DNA from: an uncultured Acidobacteriota bacterium
GTDB taxonomy: Bacteria; Acidobacteriota; Blastocatellia; RBC074
Direction of reading: 5' to 3'
NCBI GenBank assembly: GCA_963796275.1
Contig: CAWCKY010000007.1
Location: 416,001 to 480,000, forward strand
Length of the DNA stretch: 64,000 bases
Part shown: positions 31,764 through 42,800 of the stretch, piece by piece
Position numbering within the stretch: position 1 is the first letter of the stretch
Layout: each line of letters begins with the position of its first letter
Translations under genes and position numbers: made by a program
Notes under the pieces: generated by a model
Database searches by the model: none
Told to the model about the DNA's origin: nothing
The model's input: only the letters and a program-made list of their open reading frames with translations

Positions 31764-33419
31764 GTGACGACTGTGCACGAGCCGACTCTCGTAACGAACG
31801 AAATGCCCGACCATCTTCGCAAAGGCCGCGAAACGTATGCGCTTCACGCGTGGGATGAGGCGTATCACGCCTTTCTCTGCGCGGATGAAGCGACTCCTTT
31901 GGAAGCGGACGATCTCGAGCAGCTGGCGACTGCTGCGTACCTGATCGGTCGCGAGTTGGAGTTTCAACGGCTCATCGAGCGCCTCCATCAGGTCCATCTC
32001 GAGGCCGACGATTCAGAGCGCGCGGCGCGCTGCGCGTTCTGGCTAGCGCTCAGCTTCTTGTTTCGGGGGGACGTGGGCCAGTCGAACGCCTGGTCCGCGC
32101 GCGGGCACAGGCTTGTTCAGGACCGCGACTGTGTAGATCGCGGCTACATGCTGCTGGCGGCCGCGACACAGCTGCTACATGATGGTCAGGCGGAGTCTGC
32201 ACACGGTGCGGCCACCGAGGCCGCGGTTATCGGCGAGCGCTACCACGACATTGATCTGACGGCTGCCGCGCGCCACCTGCAGGGCAAAGCCTTCGTCCGC
32301 CAGGGTCGGGTTGCGCCCGGTCTGAAGCTCCTCGACGAGACGATGCTCGGAGTGATCGCGGGCGAACTCTCGCCAATGATGACGGGGTTGATCTACTGCA
32401 GCGTGATCCAGGCCTGTCGTGACGTCCATGAGGTCCGTCGCGCCCGCGAGTGGACATTCGCGTTGTCGCGGTGGTGCGAGCAACAATCCGAGATTGTGGC
32501 ATTCACCGGAGTGTGCCTGGTACATCGCTCGGAGATCATGCAGTTCCACGGGGCGTGGGCTGAAGCGCTCGACGAGGCTTTCCGCGCATGCGACCGCGCC
32601 CGACAATCCGCCCGCAAGCCCCCCGGCGCGGCCCTCTACCAACAGGCCGAGATCTACCGGCTGCGCGGCGAGTGTGCGAAAGCCGATGAGGCGTATCGTG
32701 ACGCGAGCCGGCTGGGATACGAGCCCCAACCGGGGCTGGCCTTGCTACGGCTCGCACAAGGACGCACCGACGCGGCATCCGCCTCAATCCGCCGGCTCCT
32801 GATTTCGACTACCGATCGGTTGCAACGCGGCAGATTGCTGCCAGCCTATCTCGAGATCATGCTGGCGGCGGGTGACGTCGAAAACTCGCGCAACGCCTGC
32901 CAGGAACTTCAGGCGCTCGCGGAGGCATTCGACACCGAGATTCTGCGAGCCGTAGCCGAGCAGGCGGAGGGCGCCTTTGCGCTCGGCCATGGTGAACCTC
33001 AGGCGGCGATTGCTCCATTGCGTCGGGCGTTCGAGCTCTGGGCGCGGCTGGAGGCGCCCTACGAGGCGGCACGTGTGCGCGTGCTCGTCGGACAGGCGTG
33101 TCAGGCACTAGGTGATGACGAGGCAGCCGAACTCGAGTTTGATGCCGCGCGATCCGTGTTCGTTCAGCTTGGCGCCCAGCCCGACCTCGCGCGTCTTGAC
33201 ACCACGCGCGGCTCCACGTCACTGCCCGGTCCGCTCACCGCGCGTGAGATCGACGTGCTTCGCTTGATTGCCGCCGGTTACACGAACAAGGGCATCGCCG
33301 GCGAGCTGTTTCTGAGCGAGCGCACGATCGACCGCCACGTGAGCAATATACTTAGCAAGCTCGATGTCCCTTCCCGGGCCGCCGCGGTCGCATACTCCTA
33401 CGACCATAAGCTGATCTGA
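31764..33419 (+). CDS. LuxR-family transcriptional regulator (TPR-like body + C-terminal HTH)
   Basis: LTAREIDVLRLIAAGYTNKGIAGELFLSERTIDRHVSNILSKL. Confidence 0.93.
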   Translation: MTTVHEPTLVTNEMPDHLRKGRETYALHAWDEAYHAFLCADEATPLEADDLEQLATAAYLIGRELEFQRLIERLHQVHLEADDSERAARCAFWLALSFLFRGDVGQSNAWSARGHRLVQDRDCVDRGYMLLAAATQLLHDGQAESAHGAATEAAVIGERYHDIDLTAAARHLQGKAFVRQGRVAPGLKLLDETMLGVIAGELSPMMTGLIYCSVIQACRDVHEVRRAREWTFALSRWCEQQSEIVAFTGVCLVHRSEIMQFHGAWAEALDEAFRACDRARQSARKPPGAALYQQAEIYRLRGECAKADEAYRDASRLGYEPQPGLALLRLAQGRTDAASASIRRLLISTTDRLQRGRLLPAYLEIMLAAGDVENSRNACQELQALAEAFDTEILRAVAEQAEGAFALGHGEPQAAIAPLRRAFELWARLEAPYEAARVRVLVGQACQALGDDEAAELEFDAARSVFVQLGAQPDLARLDTTRGSTSLPGPLTAREIDVLRLIAAGYTNKGIAGELFLSERTIDRHVSNILSKLDVPSRAAAVAYSYDHKLI

Positions 33420-33434
33420 CGCCTCCTTCCCTGG

Positions 33435-33490
33435 CGGATATTACCCAAATCACGAATTCCGAAAATTGGGTGGTTTTGCCGATGCGCCGG
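33435..33490 (+). promoter_or_regulatory. Candidate LuxR operator (imperfect inverted repeat)
   Basis: tacccaaat-N13-aattgggtg followed by gttttgccgatgc, between the regulator and its adjacent gene. Confidence 0.35.
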
Positions 33491-33604
33491 CTGTGGCTCC
33501 TGTCGCATATTTGACTTGCGGGGCACATCCCGCAGCTCGAACACGAGGACGGCTTTTGCGGCTAACTGTCAATCAGATAACCCATGACATAAGCGAGGAA
33601 CGTT

Positions 33605-34804
33605 ATGTACGACGCGATCATCGTCGGCGCGCGATGCGCCGGTGCTCCGACAGCGATGCTCCTTGCCCAGAAGGGCTATCGGGTGTTGCTCGTCGATAAG
33701 GCCAGTTTTCCAAGCGATACTATTTCCACTCACATCATCTGGCCGCACGGCGCCGAGATCATGCAGCGCTGGGGTTTGTTGGATCGCCTCGCTGCCACCG
33801 GCTGCCCACCGGTGGCGCTCCGCTTGACCTTCGATGTAGGTCCGTTCGCACTGAAAGGCGGGGTCATCGATCGCAACGCCGGACGAGGCGGATTCTGCCC
33901 GCGCCGTACAGTGCTGGACAAACTGCTTGTCGATGCGGCAGTCGAAGCAGGAGCGGAGCTGCGAGAAAGGTTCACTGTAGATGAACTGGTCTGGACCGAC
34001 GATCAGGTCGCCGGGATCAAGGGGCACAGCCGTACTGGCGGCATCGTCCAGGAGCGGGCGCGAGTCGTGATCGGCGCTGATGGTATTCACTCGTTGGTGG
34101 CCAGGTCCGTTCGAGCGCCGGAGTACGACGTGAAGCCGCCGCTCATCACAAACTATTACAGCTACTACAGCGGATTCCCCGCCGACGATCTCGAGCAGTA
34201 CATCCGCGAGTACCAGGGTGCCGGCTGCTTCCCGACACACGACGGTCTCACACTCATCGCGGCCGTGTGGCCGAGCAGCAGATTTGAGGAAATACGCACT
34301 GATATCGAGGGTCACGTCATGAAAGTGGTTGAGTCGATACCAAGCGTGGCGGACCGGCTGCTCAATGCACGGCGTGAAACGAAGTGGGCCGGGACGGCCG
34401 GCGTCGCCAACTATTTCCGACAGCCGTATGGGCCGGGCTGGGCGCTCGTTGGAGACGCGGGATACGATAAAGACCCTATTACCGCGCAAGGGATCAGCGA
34501 CGCATTCATCGATGCGGAGGCGCTGACGACAGCTCTGGACGATAGCTGGTCCGCCCGGCGTCCGCTGGATATCGCGCTGGCAGAATATCAGGCGAGCCGC
34601 GATCAGCGCGCCAAGCCGATGTACGACTTCACGTGTCAGCTGGCGATGTTGGAGCCACCGCCGCCACTCATGCAGCAGCTCTTCGCAGCCCTGCACGGTA
34701 ACCAAGAGGCCACGAACCAGTTCTATTCGGCGCTGACTGGCTCGACTCCGTTACCGGCATTCATGAATCCGGAGAATCTCGATCGAATTATGGCGAGGGA
34801 CTGA
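33605..34804 (+). CDS. FAD-dependent oxidoreductase/monooxygenase (geranylgeranyl-reductase-like)
   Basis: YDAIIVGARCAG, VIGADG, WALVGDAGYDKDPITAQGISDA; GAGG RBS. Confidence 0.92.
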   Translation: MYDAIIVGARCAGAPTAMLLAQKGYRVLLVDKASFPSDTISTHIIWPHGAEIMQRWGLLDRLAATGCPPVALRLTFDVGPFALKGGVIDRNAGRGGFCPRRTVLDKLLVDAAVEAGAELRERFTVDELVWTDDQVAGIKGHSRTGGIVQERARVVIGADGIHSLVARSVRAPEYDVKPPLITNYYSYYSGFPADDLEQYIREYQGAGCFPTHDGLTLIAAVWPSSRFEEIRTDIEGHVMKVVESIPSVADRLLNARRETKWAGTAGVANYFRQPYGPGWALVGDAGYDKDPITAQGISDAFIDAEALTTALDDSWSARRPLDIALAEYQASRDQRAKPMYDFTCQLAMLEPPPPLMQQLFAALHGNQEATNQFYSALTGSTPLPAFMNPENLDRIMARD

Positions 34805-34855
34805 GCAGGAGGATGATGCTGCCAATTGGCAGCTGCAACCCCAGCTGGAATTGGG

Positions 34856-36928
34856 TTAGTAGCTTGAGCGGTCGAGCATTGGAAGCCTTTCGCGCATGCG
34901 CATCTGCCACTTGCGGCGCGGGGCCTCATCCGTTTCGAACTGAACCAGAGTCTCTCTGAGCGTCTCACCGCCCGCCTGCCGGGTATTCAGGTAGAGCAAT
35001 ACCATGCTGATGACAATCAAAGGCATTATCATAACGTTCGACAAAGCTATGATGCTTCCCATCAGACTCGCTCCCAAATCCGGATGACCTCTGGTTAGAC
35101 GGGTGATGAGTATGCTGAACATCGTTCCCACCGCCCCCGGAATTACATACTGAAAGAGCACCATCAAAATTACGGTTCCTGGTGTGCGCCGCACCAGGGA
35201 GGTCGAGCGGCGTAGGGCTGCCCAGTTCTTGAGGTTTTCGACGATAACGATGGGCGCATAGAGCGCGAATAGAACGTTCATAACGACCCCGGGCACGATC
35301 AAAAACAATAGACCGCCGAAGAAACAGAGAGTGGCGAGCAGCGCAGTGGAAATGTATGGGCGAAGGCGGCGGCGCAGAATGGCGAAAGCGGCGCGGCTCT
35401 GGTTCTGGATCGGGCGAAGCGGCATCACGATCAACTGAATGATGATGGGCACTATCACGGCTAATGCAGTGAGGCCGCACAATAAATTGACGAGATGGAA
35501 GAGCAGATTGAGCATGAAGCTGACTGTAAGCCCGGCATCTGCCGAAACCACGCCGTTAAGGATCAGCAGATAGCAGCCGAATCGAATCAGCCCCAGAGCG
35601 ATCGCCGGCAGGTATGAGATTGCCGAGATACGCAGGAAGGTCGGGAAATACTCGCTGTAGATGGCGAAAGTCCGGCGAAGTAACGTGCCTGTTCCCTCGG
35701 CGCAGGCACGCAGGGAACTGGCGAATGCCGCCGCACTTGGTGGCCTTTCGGCCGGGTCTTTGGCGAGGGCGGACATAATAAGAGCCGCGATCTTTCTCGG
35801 CGTCTTGGGGCTTACTTCACGCAGCGGTCTGGCCGGCGTTTCGAGGTGCGATTTGATTACCTCCTCCATCTCTCCCATAAAAGGCGTTCGGCCGGAGAGC
35901 ATTTGATATGCGATCACCCCCAGACTGTATATGTCCGATTGAGGACCGAGTCTCTGCCCACGGCACTGTTCCGGCGACATATAGAGTGGTGTTCCCATCA
36001 GCGCGCCGACGCGGGTCAGCCCATCGGTCGGATCAGTCAACAGTGTCGTCTCATCCTGCGTTGCACGCGCTCGCCTTCCCATGTCTTTCGTTGCAGGGTC
36101 AGGCGGCAGCGCCAGCGTAGCGGCCTCCTTGGAGACTTTCGGTGGCAGGGGAGTCGCAGTTTCATTGAGTGACGCCGCCTGCTCTCCATCAACCTGCGAA
36201 GAGTGGGCAAGCTTAGCCAGTCCGAAGTCGAGCACCTTAATGGTGTAGCCGCCGCGCCGGTTCGGCTCGAGCCAAATGTTCTCCGGTTTCAAGTCGCGGT
36301 GGATTGTGCCTTGCTGGTGCGCTTCGTCCACCGCCGAGCAGACTTGTTCCAAAATGTCTACTACCCACATCAGCGGCAGCCGCTCTTCCTCCGCCAGAAT
36401 GTCGGCCAGGGTGCAGCCATCCAGGTATTCCATCACGAGGTAAGCGATGTCGGCCGTGCCGAGCCTGGCGAATCCGAAATCGGTGACGTCTACTACGTTC
36501 GGGTGGCGCAGGCGACCGGCCGCCTCGGCCTCGCGGCGGAAGCGCGTGACGAATTCCTGCTGCGCCATCAGTTGTGGCGCTATGACCTTCAGGGCCACAT
36601 AGCGCCGCGTGCCCAGGTGCATCGCCAGGTAGACCGCGCCCATCCCGCCTTTGCCGAGCGGAGACAGAATCTGATAATGGCCGACCACGCTATTCACACC
36701 GATCGCCCCAGATTCTGTGACGGGCATTTCGGCGGCCAGCTCCAAGACCGATGAATCGAGCGGGTTCTCGTCGCTCCTGTGTGCTCTGAGGAGGGCTTCC
36801 ACCTGGATGCGCAACTCGGCGTCCGCTGGACAGGTCGCGGCGAGAAAAGATTCCCGCTCGCTCGGCGCTCGCTCCAGGGTGGCGTGGAAAAGGTCTTCGA
36901 TCTGCTGCCAGCGATCTGTGGGTTTCAT
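34856..36928 (-). CDS. Hanks-type Ser/Thr protein kinase with C-terminal multi-pass membrane domain
   Basis: LGKGGMGAVY, VALK, HRDLKPEN, DFGLAK, GTPLYMSPEQ; hydrophobic helices in the last ~270 aa. Confidence 0.94.
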   Translation of the reverse strand: MKPTDRWQQIEDLFHATLERAPSERESFLAATCPADAELRIQVEALLRAHRSDENPLDSSVLELAAEMPVTESGAIGVNSVVGHYQILSPLGKGGMGAVYLAMHLGTRRYVALKVIAPQLMAQQEFVTRFRREAEAAGRLRHPNVVDVTDFGFARLGTADIAYLVMEYLDGCTLADILAEEERLPLMWVVDILEQVCSAVDEAHQQGTIHRDLKPENIWLEPNRRGGYTIKVLDFGLAKLAHSSQVDGEQAASLNETATPLPPKVSKEAATLALPPDPATKDMGRRARATQDETTLLTDPTDGLTRVGALMGTPLYMSPEQCRGQRLGPQSDIYSLGVIAYQMLSGRTPFMGEMEEVIKSHLETPARPLREVSPKTPRKIAALIMSALAKDPAERPPSAAAFASSLRACAEGTGTLLRRTFAIYSEYFPTFLRISAISYLPAIALGLIRFGCYLLILNGVVSADAGLTVSFMLNLLFHLVNLLCGLTALAVIVPIIIQLIVMPLRPIQNQSRAAFAILRRRLRPYISTALLATLCFFGGLLFLIVPGVVMNVLFALYAPIVIVENLKNWAALRRSTSLVRRTPGTVILMVLFQYVIPGAVGTMFSILITRLTRGHPDLGASLMGSIIALSNVMIMPLIVISMVLLYLNTRQAGGETLRETLVQFETDEAPRRKWQMRMRERLPMLDRSSY

Positions 36929-36995
36929 TTATTCTCTTTCTTTCCCCCGCGCATTACGCAGCCATGCGCGCGCGAAGGTCCAGCCGCATCTCCAT
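36929..36995 (-). pseudogene. C-terminal remnant of an ECF sigma factor
   Basis: Encodes ...WTFARAWLRNARGKERE* ending at the kinase ATG; WxxARAWL is the typical tail of kinase-coupled ECF sigmas. Confidence 0.6.
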
Positions 36996-37352
36996 TGCTC
37001 CAACGCGCGAGTAATCTGGTTATCTCTTCGATTGGACTGACGGGCATTTTCTTACCTGTTGTGAGGCTAATCGCCTGCCGAGTGCTGCAATTCTTATCTA
37101 TCAGTGGCTATTTTATATTAACAGAATTCCGCCGAAAAATTATTATCAAATTGATGGAAAACGGCTATGGAATCCGCCTGTATTGGTGACAGAAGAATCT
37201 AGCGACGGAAATATCTTTCGGGGAAAGAGATGGTGCGCCGAGCATGAAAGAAATAACAAATAAAATTTAGACAGGATTTCTCAGAATTATGATAAATATG
37301 ATGAATCTCGAAATCCTTTAAATTAAATATTGTCTATCTCCAGAGGTGGCTG

Positions 37353-39617
37353 ATGAAGAGGATAATTCTGATAACGTTTCTTTGTGTCATGACGCTGACC
37401 GCGGTGGCGCAAAATAGGCCTGCCGGACAAAGTTCCGCATCAACCATATCGCCGGCTGACGATGTGGCAGCCGGTAAAAGTGCGGATGAGCTGCGTCGCG
37501 CGTCGTTTGAGAAGGTATGGCTCACGGTCAACGAGAAGCACTTCGACCCGAAATTCGGCGGTGTAGACTGGAATAAGGTGCGGGAGCGGTACGCGCCGCG
37601 CCTGTCGGAAGTCAAAACCGATGGAGAGCTGTACAGGCTTCTGCAGCAAATGCTCGACGAACTGAAGCAGTCGCATTTCCGCATCATCCCGCCTGAGGCG
37701 AAGCTAAACGAAAGCAACAACAATTCGATCGCGGGCGGAATCGGCGTCGATTTTCAAATCATCGAAGGGCGAGCGGTGATTACACGCGTCGACCCTGATT
37801 CCCCAGCTGCGCGTGCCGGTTTGAGACCCGGCTTCCTGATTACGCAAATCGATGACAAATCCACAGAGCAGGTTGGGGGACAGATCAGAGAGAGAATGGC
37901 CATGCGCAAAGAATCGACCGCGATGGCCGATTTTACGATAGTACGAACGTTGCATTCGTACATCAAAGGCAAGCCCGGGACGGACGTCGGTCTCAAGTAC
38001 CTTGATGAACATGATCAGGCGCGTGCGGTAACGGTTAAGCGCGAGCGACTGGGTGGCGAACTCTCGCAGCCGTTTGGAAACTTCCCCGCACAGTATACCG
38101 AGTTCGAGATTAAGCGGCTGGCGGGCGGGGTCGGTTACATCCGCTTCAATATCTGGGTGACGAATCAGATGCAGAAGCTGCGCACTGCCGTCAAAGAGAT
38201 GCACAACGCGCCCGGGCTCATCATAGACCTGCGCGGCAATCCGGGCGGATTCGGGGGGATGGCGTCTGGACTAGCCGGACTATTGGAGACCAGACATGTA
38301 TCGCTCGGTACGATGCATCTGCGTACCAGCCAGCTTAAGTTCGGAGCAATTCCGCAACCGAATGCCTATACCGGGCCGGTTGCTATACTGATCGACTTCG
38401 GCTCTGCGTCCACCAGTGAAGTGTTCGCAGCCGGGATGCAGGAGAACGAGCGCGCGACCGTCGTCGGCGAGCGCAGCATAGGCGCGGCTCTGCCTTCTTA
38501 TTTCGAGAAGCTGCCGACGGGTGCGCTCTTTCAGTACGCAATCGCGGACTTCAAGACGCCCAAGGGGGTGCTCATCGAAGGGCGCGGCGTGATACCAGAC
38601 GTTGAAATTAAGCAAGCGCGCTCCGCCCTGCTCGATGGCCGGGACGCGCCGCTCGAGGCGGCAATCGAACAGCTGCGGCGCCGGGCGCGTGTTGAGCCGG
38701 CAGCGCAGCAACAGACATCTGCTCCAAATTTCAAGGTCTCCGAGAATCTCGAATTCCGTACGGCGAATATCGTCAGCGAGGGAGTACGGCTTCACGCAGA
38801 ACTCTTCTCCCTCAAGTCGCAGACGGGAAGGCCGTTGCCGACGATCATTATGGCGCACGGCTGGGGCGGCACGGCGTCCAACTTTCGCCGCGATGCGATG
38901 GAACTGGCGAACGCCGGTTATCTGGTCGTCACCTTCGATTACCGCGGCTGGGGTCAGAGCGACGGTCGCATAATTCTTCACTCGCCTCCAGAGAAAAAAG
39001 ATGGCCGCCGGTTCTCGGCCCAGGTTGAAGAGTTGCGCGAATATGTCGATCCGATAGAACAGACGACCGACTGGTTCAATGTCATCAATTGGGCGATGGG
39101 CGAGCCGATGGTGGATAAGAGCCGCATCGGGTTGCGTGGATCGAGCTATTCGGGCGGTCACGTGTTTTATGTCGCGGCGCGCGACCCGCGGGTTAAGGCC
39201 ATCGTCAGCCAGGTCGGCGCGTTCGATTCGCGTTGGGTGGTCAACGATCCGAAGGAGGCCAGGGTTACATATGACGAAGCGACAAAACGTGCGCGCGGTG
39301 AAATCGGATATCCTGAACCGCGCGCGCGGGTGATCGGAAACCTGACCGGTGCGCCCATCCGCGACAAACTGCTCCATTATGCGCCGGTCGAAGAAGCTGC
39401 GAAGCTCAAGGGCTGCGCTGCGCTCTTCGTTGTGGCTGAAAATGAAGAGCTATTCGATAACAAAGACCATGCAAAACTCGCATATGACCGGATGCCCGGC
39501 GCCGATAAAAAGTATGTTTCCATCCCGAAAATCAAGCACTATGGCATTTATTTCGAAGAGCGCAACCAGGCGATAAAGCTGGCGATCGAATGGTTCAATC
39601 AATATTTGAAGGAGTAG
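37353..39617 (+). CDS. S41 C-terminal processing peptidase (PDZ) fused to an alpha/beta hydrolase
   Basis: Signal peptide; GYIRFN, IIDLRGNPGG, SASTSE, IEGRGVIPD; then AHGWGG, FDYRGWGQSDG, GSSYSGG. Confidence 0.9.
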   Translation: MKRIILITFLCVMTLTAVAQNRPAGQSSASTISPADDVAAGKSADELRRASFEKVWLTVNEKHFDPKFGGVDWNKVRERYAPRLSEVKTDGELYRLLQQMLDELKQSHFRIIPPEAKLNESNNNSIAGGIGVDFQIIEGRAVITRVDPDSPAARAGLRPGFLITQIDDKSTEQVGGQIRERMAMRKESTAMADFTIVRTLHSYIKGKPGTDVGLKYLDEHDQARAVTVKRERLGGELSQPFGNFPAQYTEFEIKRLAGGVGYIRFNIWVTNQMQKLRTAVKEMHNAPGLIIDLRGNPGGFGGMASGLAGLLETRHVSLGTMHLRTSQLKFGAIPQPNAYTGPVAILIDFGSASTSEVFAAGMQENERATVVGERSIGAALPSYFEKLPTGALFQYAIADFKTPKGVLIEGRGVIPDVEIKQARSALLDGRDAPLEAAIEQLRRRARVEPAAQQQTSAPNFKVSENLEFRTANIVSEGVRLHAELFSLKSQTGRPLPTIIMAHGWGGTASNFRRDAMELANAGYLVVTFDYRGWGQSDGRIILHSPPEKKDGRRFSAQVEELREYVDPIEQTTDWFNVINWAMGEPMVDKSRIGLRGSSYSGGHVFYVAARDPRVKAIVSQVGAFDSRWVVNDPKEARVTYDEATKRARGEIGYPEPRARVIGNLTGAPIRDKLLHYAPVEEAAKLKGCAALFVVAENEELFDNKDHAKLAYDRMPGADKKYVSIPKIKHYGIYFEERNQAIKLAIEWFNQYLKE

Positions 39618-39877
39618 TCACTGCCTCATCGAGGATCCGAGCTTGTTTAAAATATCGGTAGCTTGAATTTTATCTCAATCGAAATTTACCGTACTTTTAC
39701 AAACATTGGCTACCTTTCGTCACTCCTCTTCGCTTTCAAGTAATCGGTCGTCAGTGGGAAACAACCGCGTATCCCATCGATCTGTGCGTCATATCGCTCC
39801 GGTATTGCGCGTTTTGCATCAGCAAGCGCGGCGGTCGACGGCCGTTATGGTAGTCCCGTAAACACTTATTATTATCG

Positions 39878-42800
39878 TCAAAACGCGATCTTCGCCTTGA
39901 ACTGTATCACGCGCGGCGTATTGGCCTGCGATGTGACGCGGCCGAAGCTCGCATTGGTGATATTGGTCGCGATGCCGCCAAAGCGGACGTTATTGAAGAT
40001 ATTGAACGCATCGGCTCCAAACTCGAACTTCACATTCTCGCGAATGCGGAAAGACCGGGAGACGCTCACATCCTGGTTGAAGAGGTGCGGCACACGCATC
40101 CCGTGTGCATGCGCCGGAGGCGTGTCGCCATAAGTGAATTCAGCCGGAGAGGCGAACGCGTTCCTGTCGATGAACGAGGTGGGATTCGGTCCCAGGATAT
40201 CTCCCTCGCCCCAATCGCCGTTGATCCGCGCCGGCCCGGAGAAGTTCGGGTTATAGTTGGCGAAGCAGGTTCCCGCCTGGGGCAGAACGCAGGCGGCTCC
40301 GATGATCCCGACCGGCGTGCCCGTTGCGTACCGCGTGATCCCCGATATTCTCCATCCTTTGACGATCCCGCGGACCGCCGGATTTTGGGAATTGAACGGC
40401 AGATCATAAGAGAGGAATGCGTTGAAGATGTGGGGCTGGTCGGTGCTCGAAAGAGACTTCTCCTGCTCCCAGAAATAAGCGCTGCGCCCGCCGTTGACAT
40501 TGCCGATCGCTTTGCTGAAGTTGTAGTTGACGTTGAACGTCAGCCCGGCTGATAGGCGTTTCTGAACGACAACCTGCAGGGCGTTGTAATTGGATTGGCC
40601 GACATTTCCGTAGGGATCACCAACGCCTCCATATTGCGGGAACGGTCGCAGCATCTGTGCGATGGTGCCTCGGTAACCGGGGAAGGGAAGGCTCACGTCC
40701 GGAATGATAGCCTGCGCGGCCGCGATGGTAATTTGGTCAGCAGGACCCTGCAGGAGATTCCTCAAAGCCAGATATCTGGGGTGAATCTGATTCGACCAGA
40801 TGCCGCGCCCGGCGCCCGCCAGATATTTGCCATTGCTTCCCGTGTAGGCCACAGTCAGAGACAGAGAAGGGGTCAAAGATCGTTGAATCGAGAGATTCCA
40901 GTTCTGATAACGGGGCGGCTGGCTATTCGGATCGCCGAATAGGAGCGTGCCGCCATTGATTCCCGGGGCATTGAACCCGGTCAGGTAGGTCGCGTCGTAG
41001 ATCGGCCCTTTCTGATATGAAGGTATCCCATTATCCCAATCAAAGGCCGCGCTGATTCCATTGTCCGGATTGCCGAGCGGCGCGCTCGCATTGAATCCGA
41101 TCGTGCCGGTGCCGTCGCGCGCGCCCTCTCTGCCTCCCACTGCGCCTCGACGCGTATACATTATCCCGTATGCTGCGCGAACCACGGTATTCTCATTGAT
41201 GCTGTATGCGAGTCCGATCCGCGGTCCGATAGCTCCGTAGTAAGTGTTGACGGGAGTGCGGCAATTGCAGCTGATCGCATCCGGGGCATAATCGCCTCCG
41301 AACCGCAGGACGCCCGGACGCCCGCCAGCCGCGGGGTTGGGAATGTTTGGATCCAGAAACGTAAATCGGTCCGCGACCTCTTTATAGGGCTGCATAATGT
41401 CGTAGCGCAGCCCGAGATTGAGCGTGAGGCGCGGCCTCACTTTGAAATCATCCTGGACCCAAAAGGCGTAGTTGTAGTATCGGGCGCCGACGCCGACGAA
41501 GTAATCTTCATTGACCGTGGCTGCATTCACCAATCCCAGCAGATAACTCGCATAGGCGTTACCGGTACTCGTGTCCAAGGCGCCGTTGGGTCTGAAACCG
41601 GCGGTCTGGGTATTGCTGAAATCGCCGACGAAGAGCGTTCCCGTGTCGCGAGCCCTGAAGTTGTCGTGGAGCCGCTGATGTTGGAAGCCGAACTTGAACG
41701 CGTGATTTCCGCGCACCCATTGCAGACTGTCCTGTAATGTGAAGTTGTTGTTGGCGTCGAGGAAGTCCCGCGAATCCACGCCGCGCCAGCTGTTAGGAGC
41801 GTTCGGCCCTCCGAAATTCGTCTCCGGGAATGCGTCACGCGCCTCGCCGGGAGGCAATCCGGCCAGACCCGCACTCTCGGTCCATTTGCCATCGACCGTG
41901 GCGTTGTCGATCGGAACGAAGAGACGATTGAAACCGAAGCTGATCTGGTTGAGCAATGAAGGTGTGATGGTCCAGTTATGCTTGACCTGTGCCACCGTCG
42001 GAATCTCCTCGACCAGCCGCGTGTTGGTGTAGGGCAGCGGTAGCGGGACGGTCACCTCTCGATATGGCCCGCTCTGGCTTCTTTTGCCACGGGTGAAGAG
42101 CCCCGATAGCCGGTGGCTGTCATTGATGTTCAGATCGATTTTGACTGTGTAGTTGTCATTGTTGTATCCGACCGGCAACTGGCCCAGATAGTTGTTCTGG
42201 ATGCCGGGGTGGGTGGGAAGCGGAAGTTGTGTCTGGAAAAATTTCGAGATGGAGGAGATACGGTCAAGCGGGATGATATTGCGATCGAACGGTTGACGAG
42301 TGCAGGTGCCACCCGGAGGGCAATTAGTCGTCAGTGGGTCGAATATCGGCACGGGCAACTCGCTGAAATCCCCTTGCCGCATCTTCACGGTAGGCACGGA
42401 GATGAAGCGCGCGTCAGTTTGAACGCGATAGCGCCAGCCATCGTAGACGAAGAAGAAAAAGAGCTTGTTCTTGATGATCGGCCCTCCGATAGTGCCACCG
42501 AACTCGTTCTGATTCTCTTTCGGACGGGTGGGCGAGAAGAACGATCTGGCGTCCAGGAGGGTATTTCTGAAGTACTCGAAGATGGAGCCGTGAAACTGGT
42601 TGGTCCCGGATTTGACCACATAGTTCTCGGAACCCTGCCCGTTGAATTCAACCCCTGTTCCGCTGGTCTCGACCTGGAACTGCTCGATAGCTTCTACCGA
42701 GAATCCCAGATTGATCGAACGACCCTCACCCTGTTGGATCGCATCGGTGATCGGAACGCCCTCGACGAAGACGTCCTTGGAGAAACCCTGGGCGCCATTG

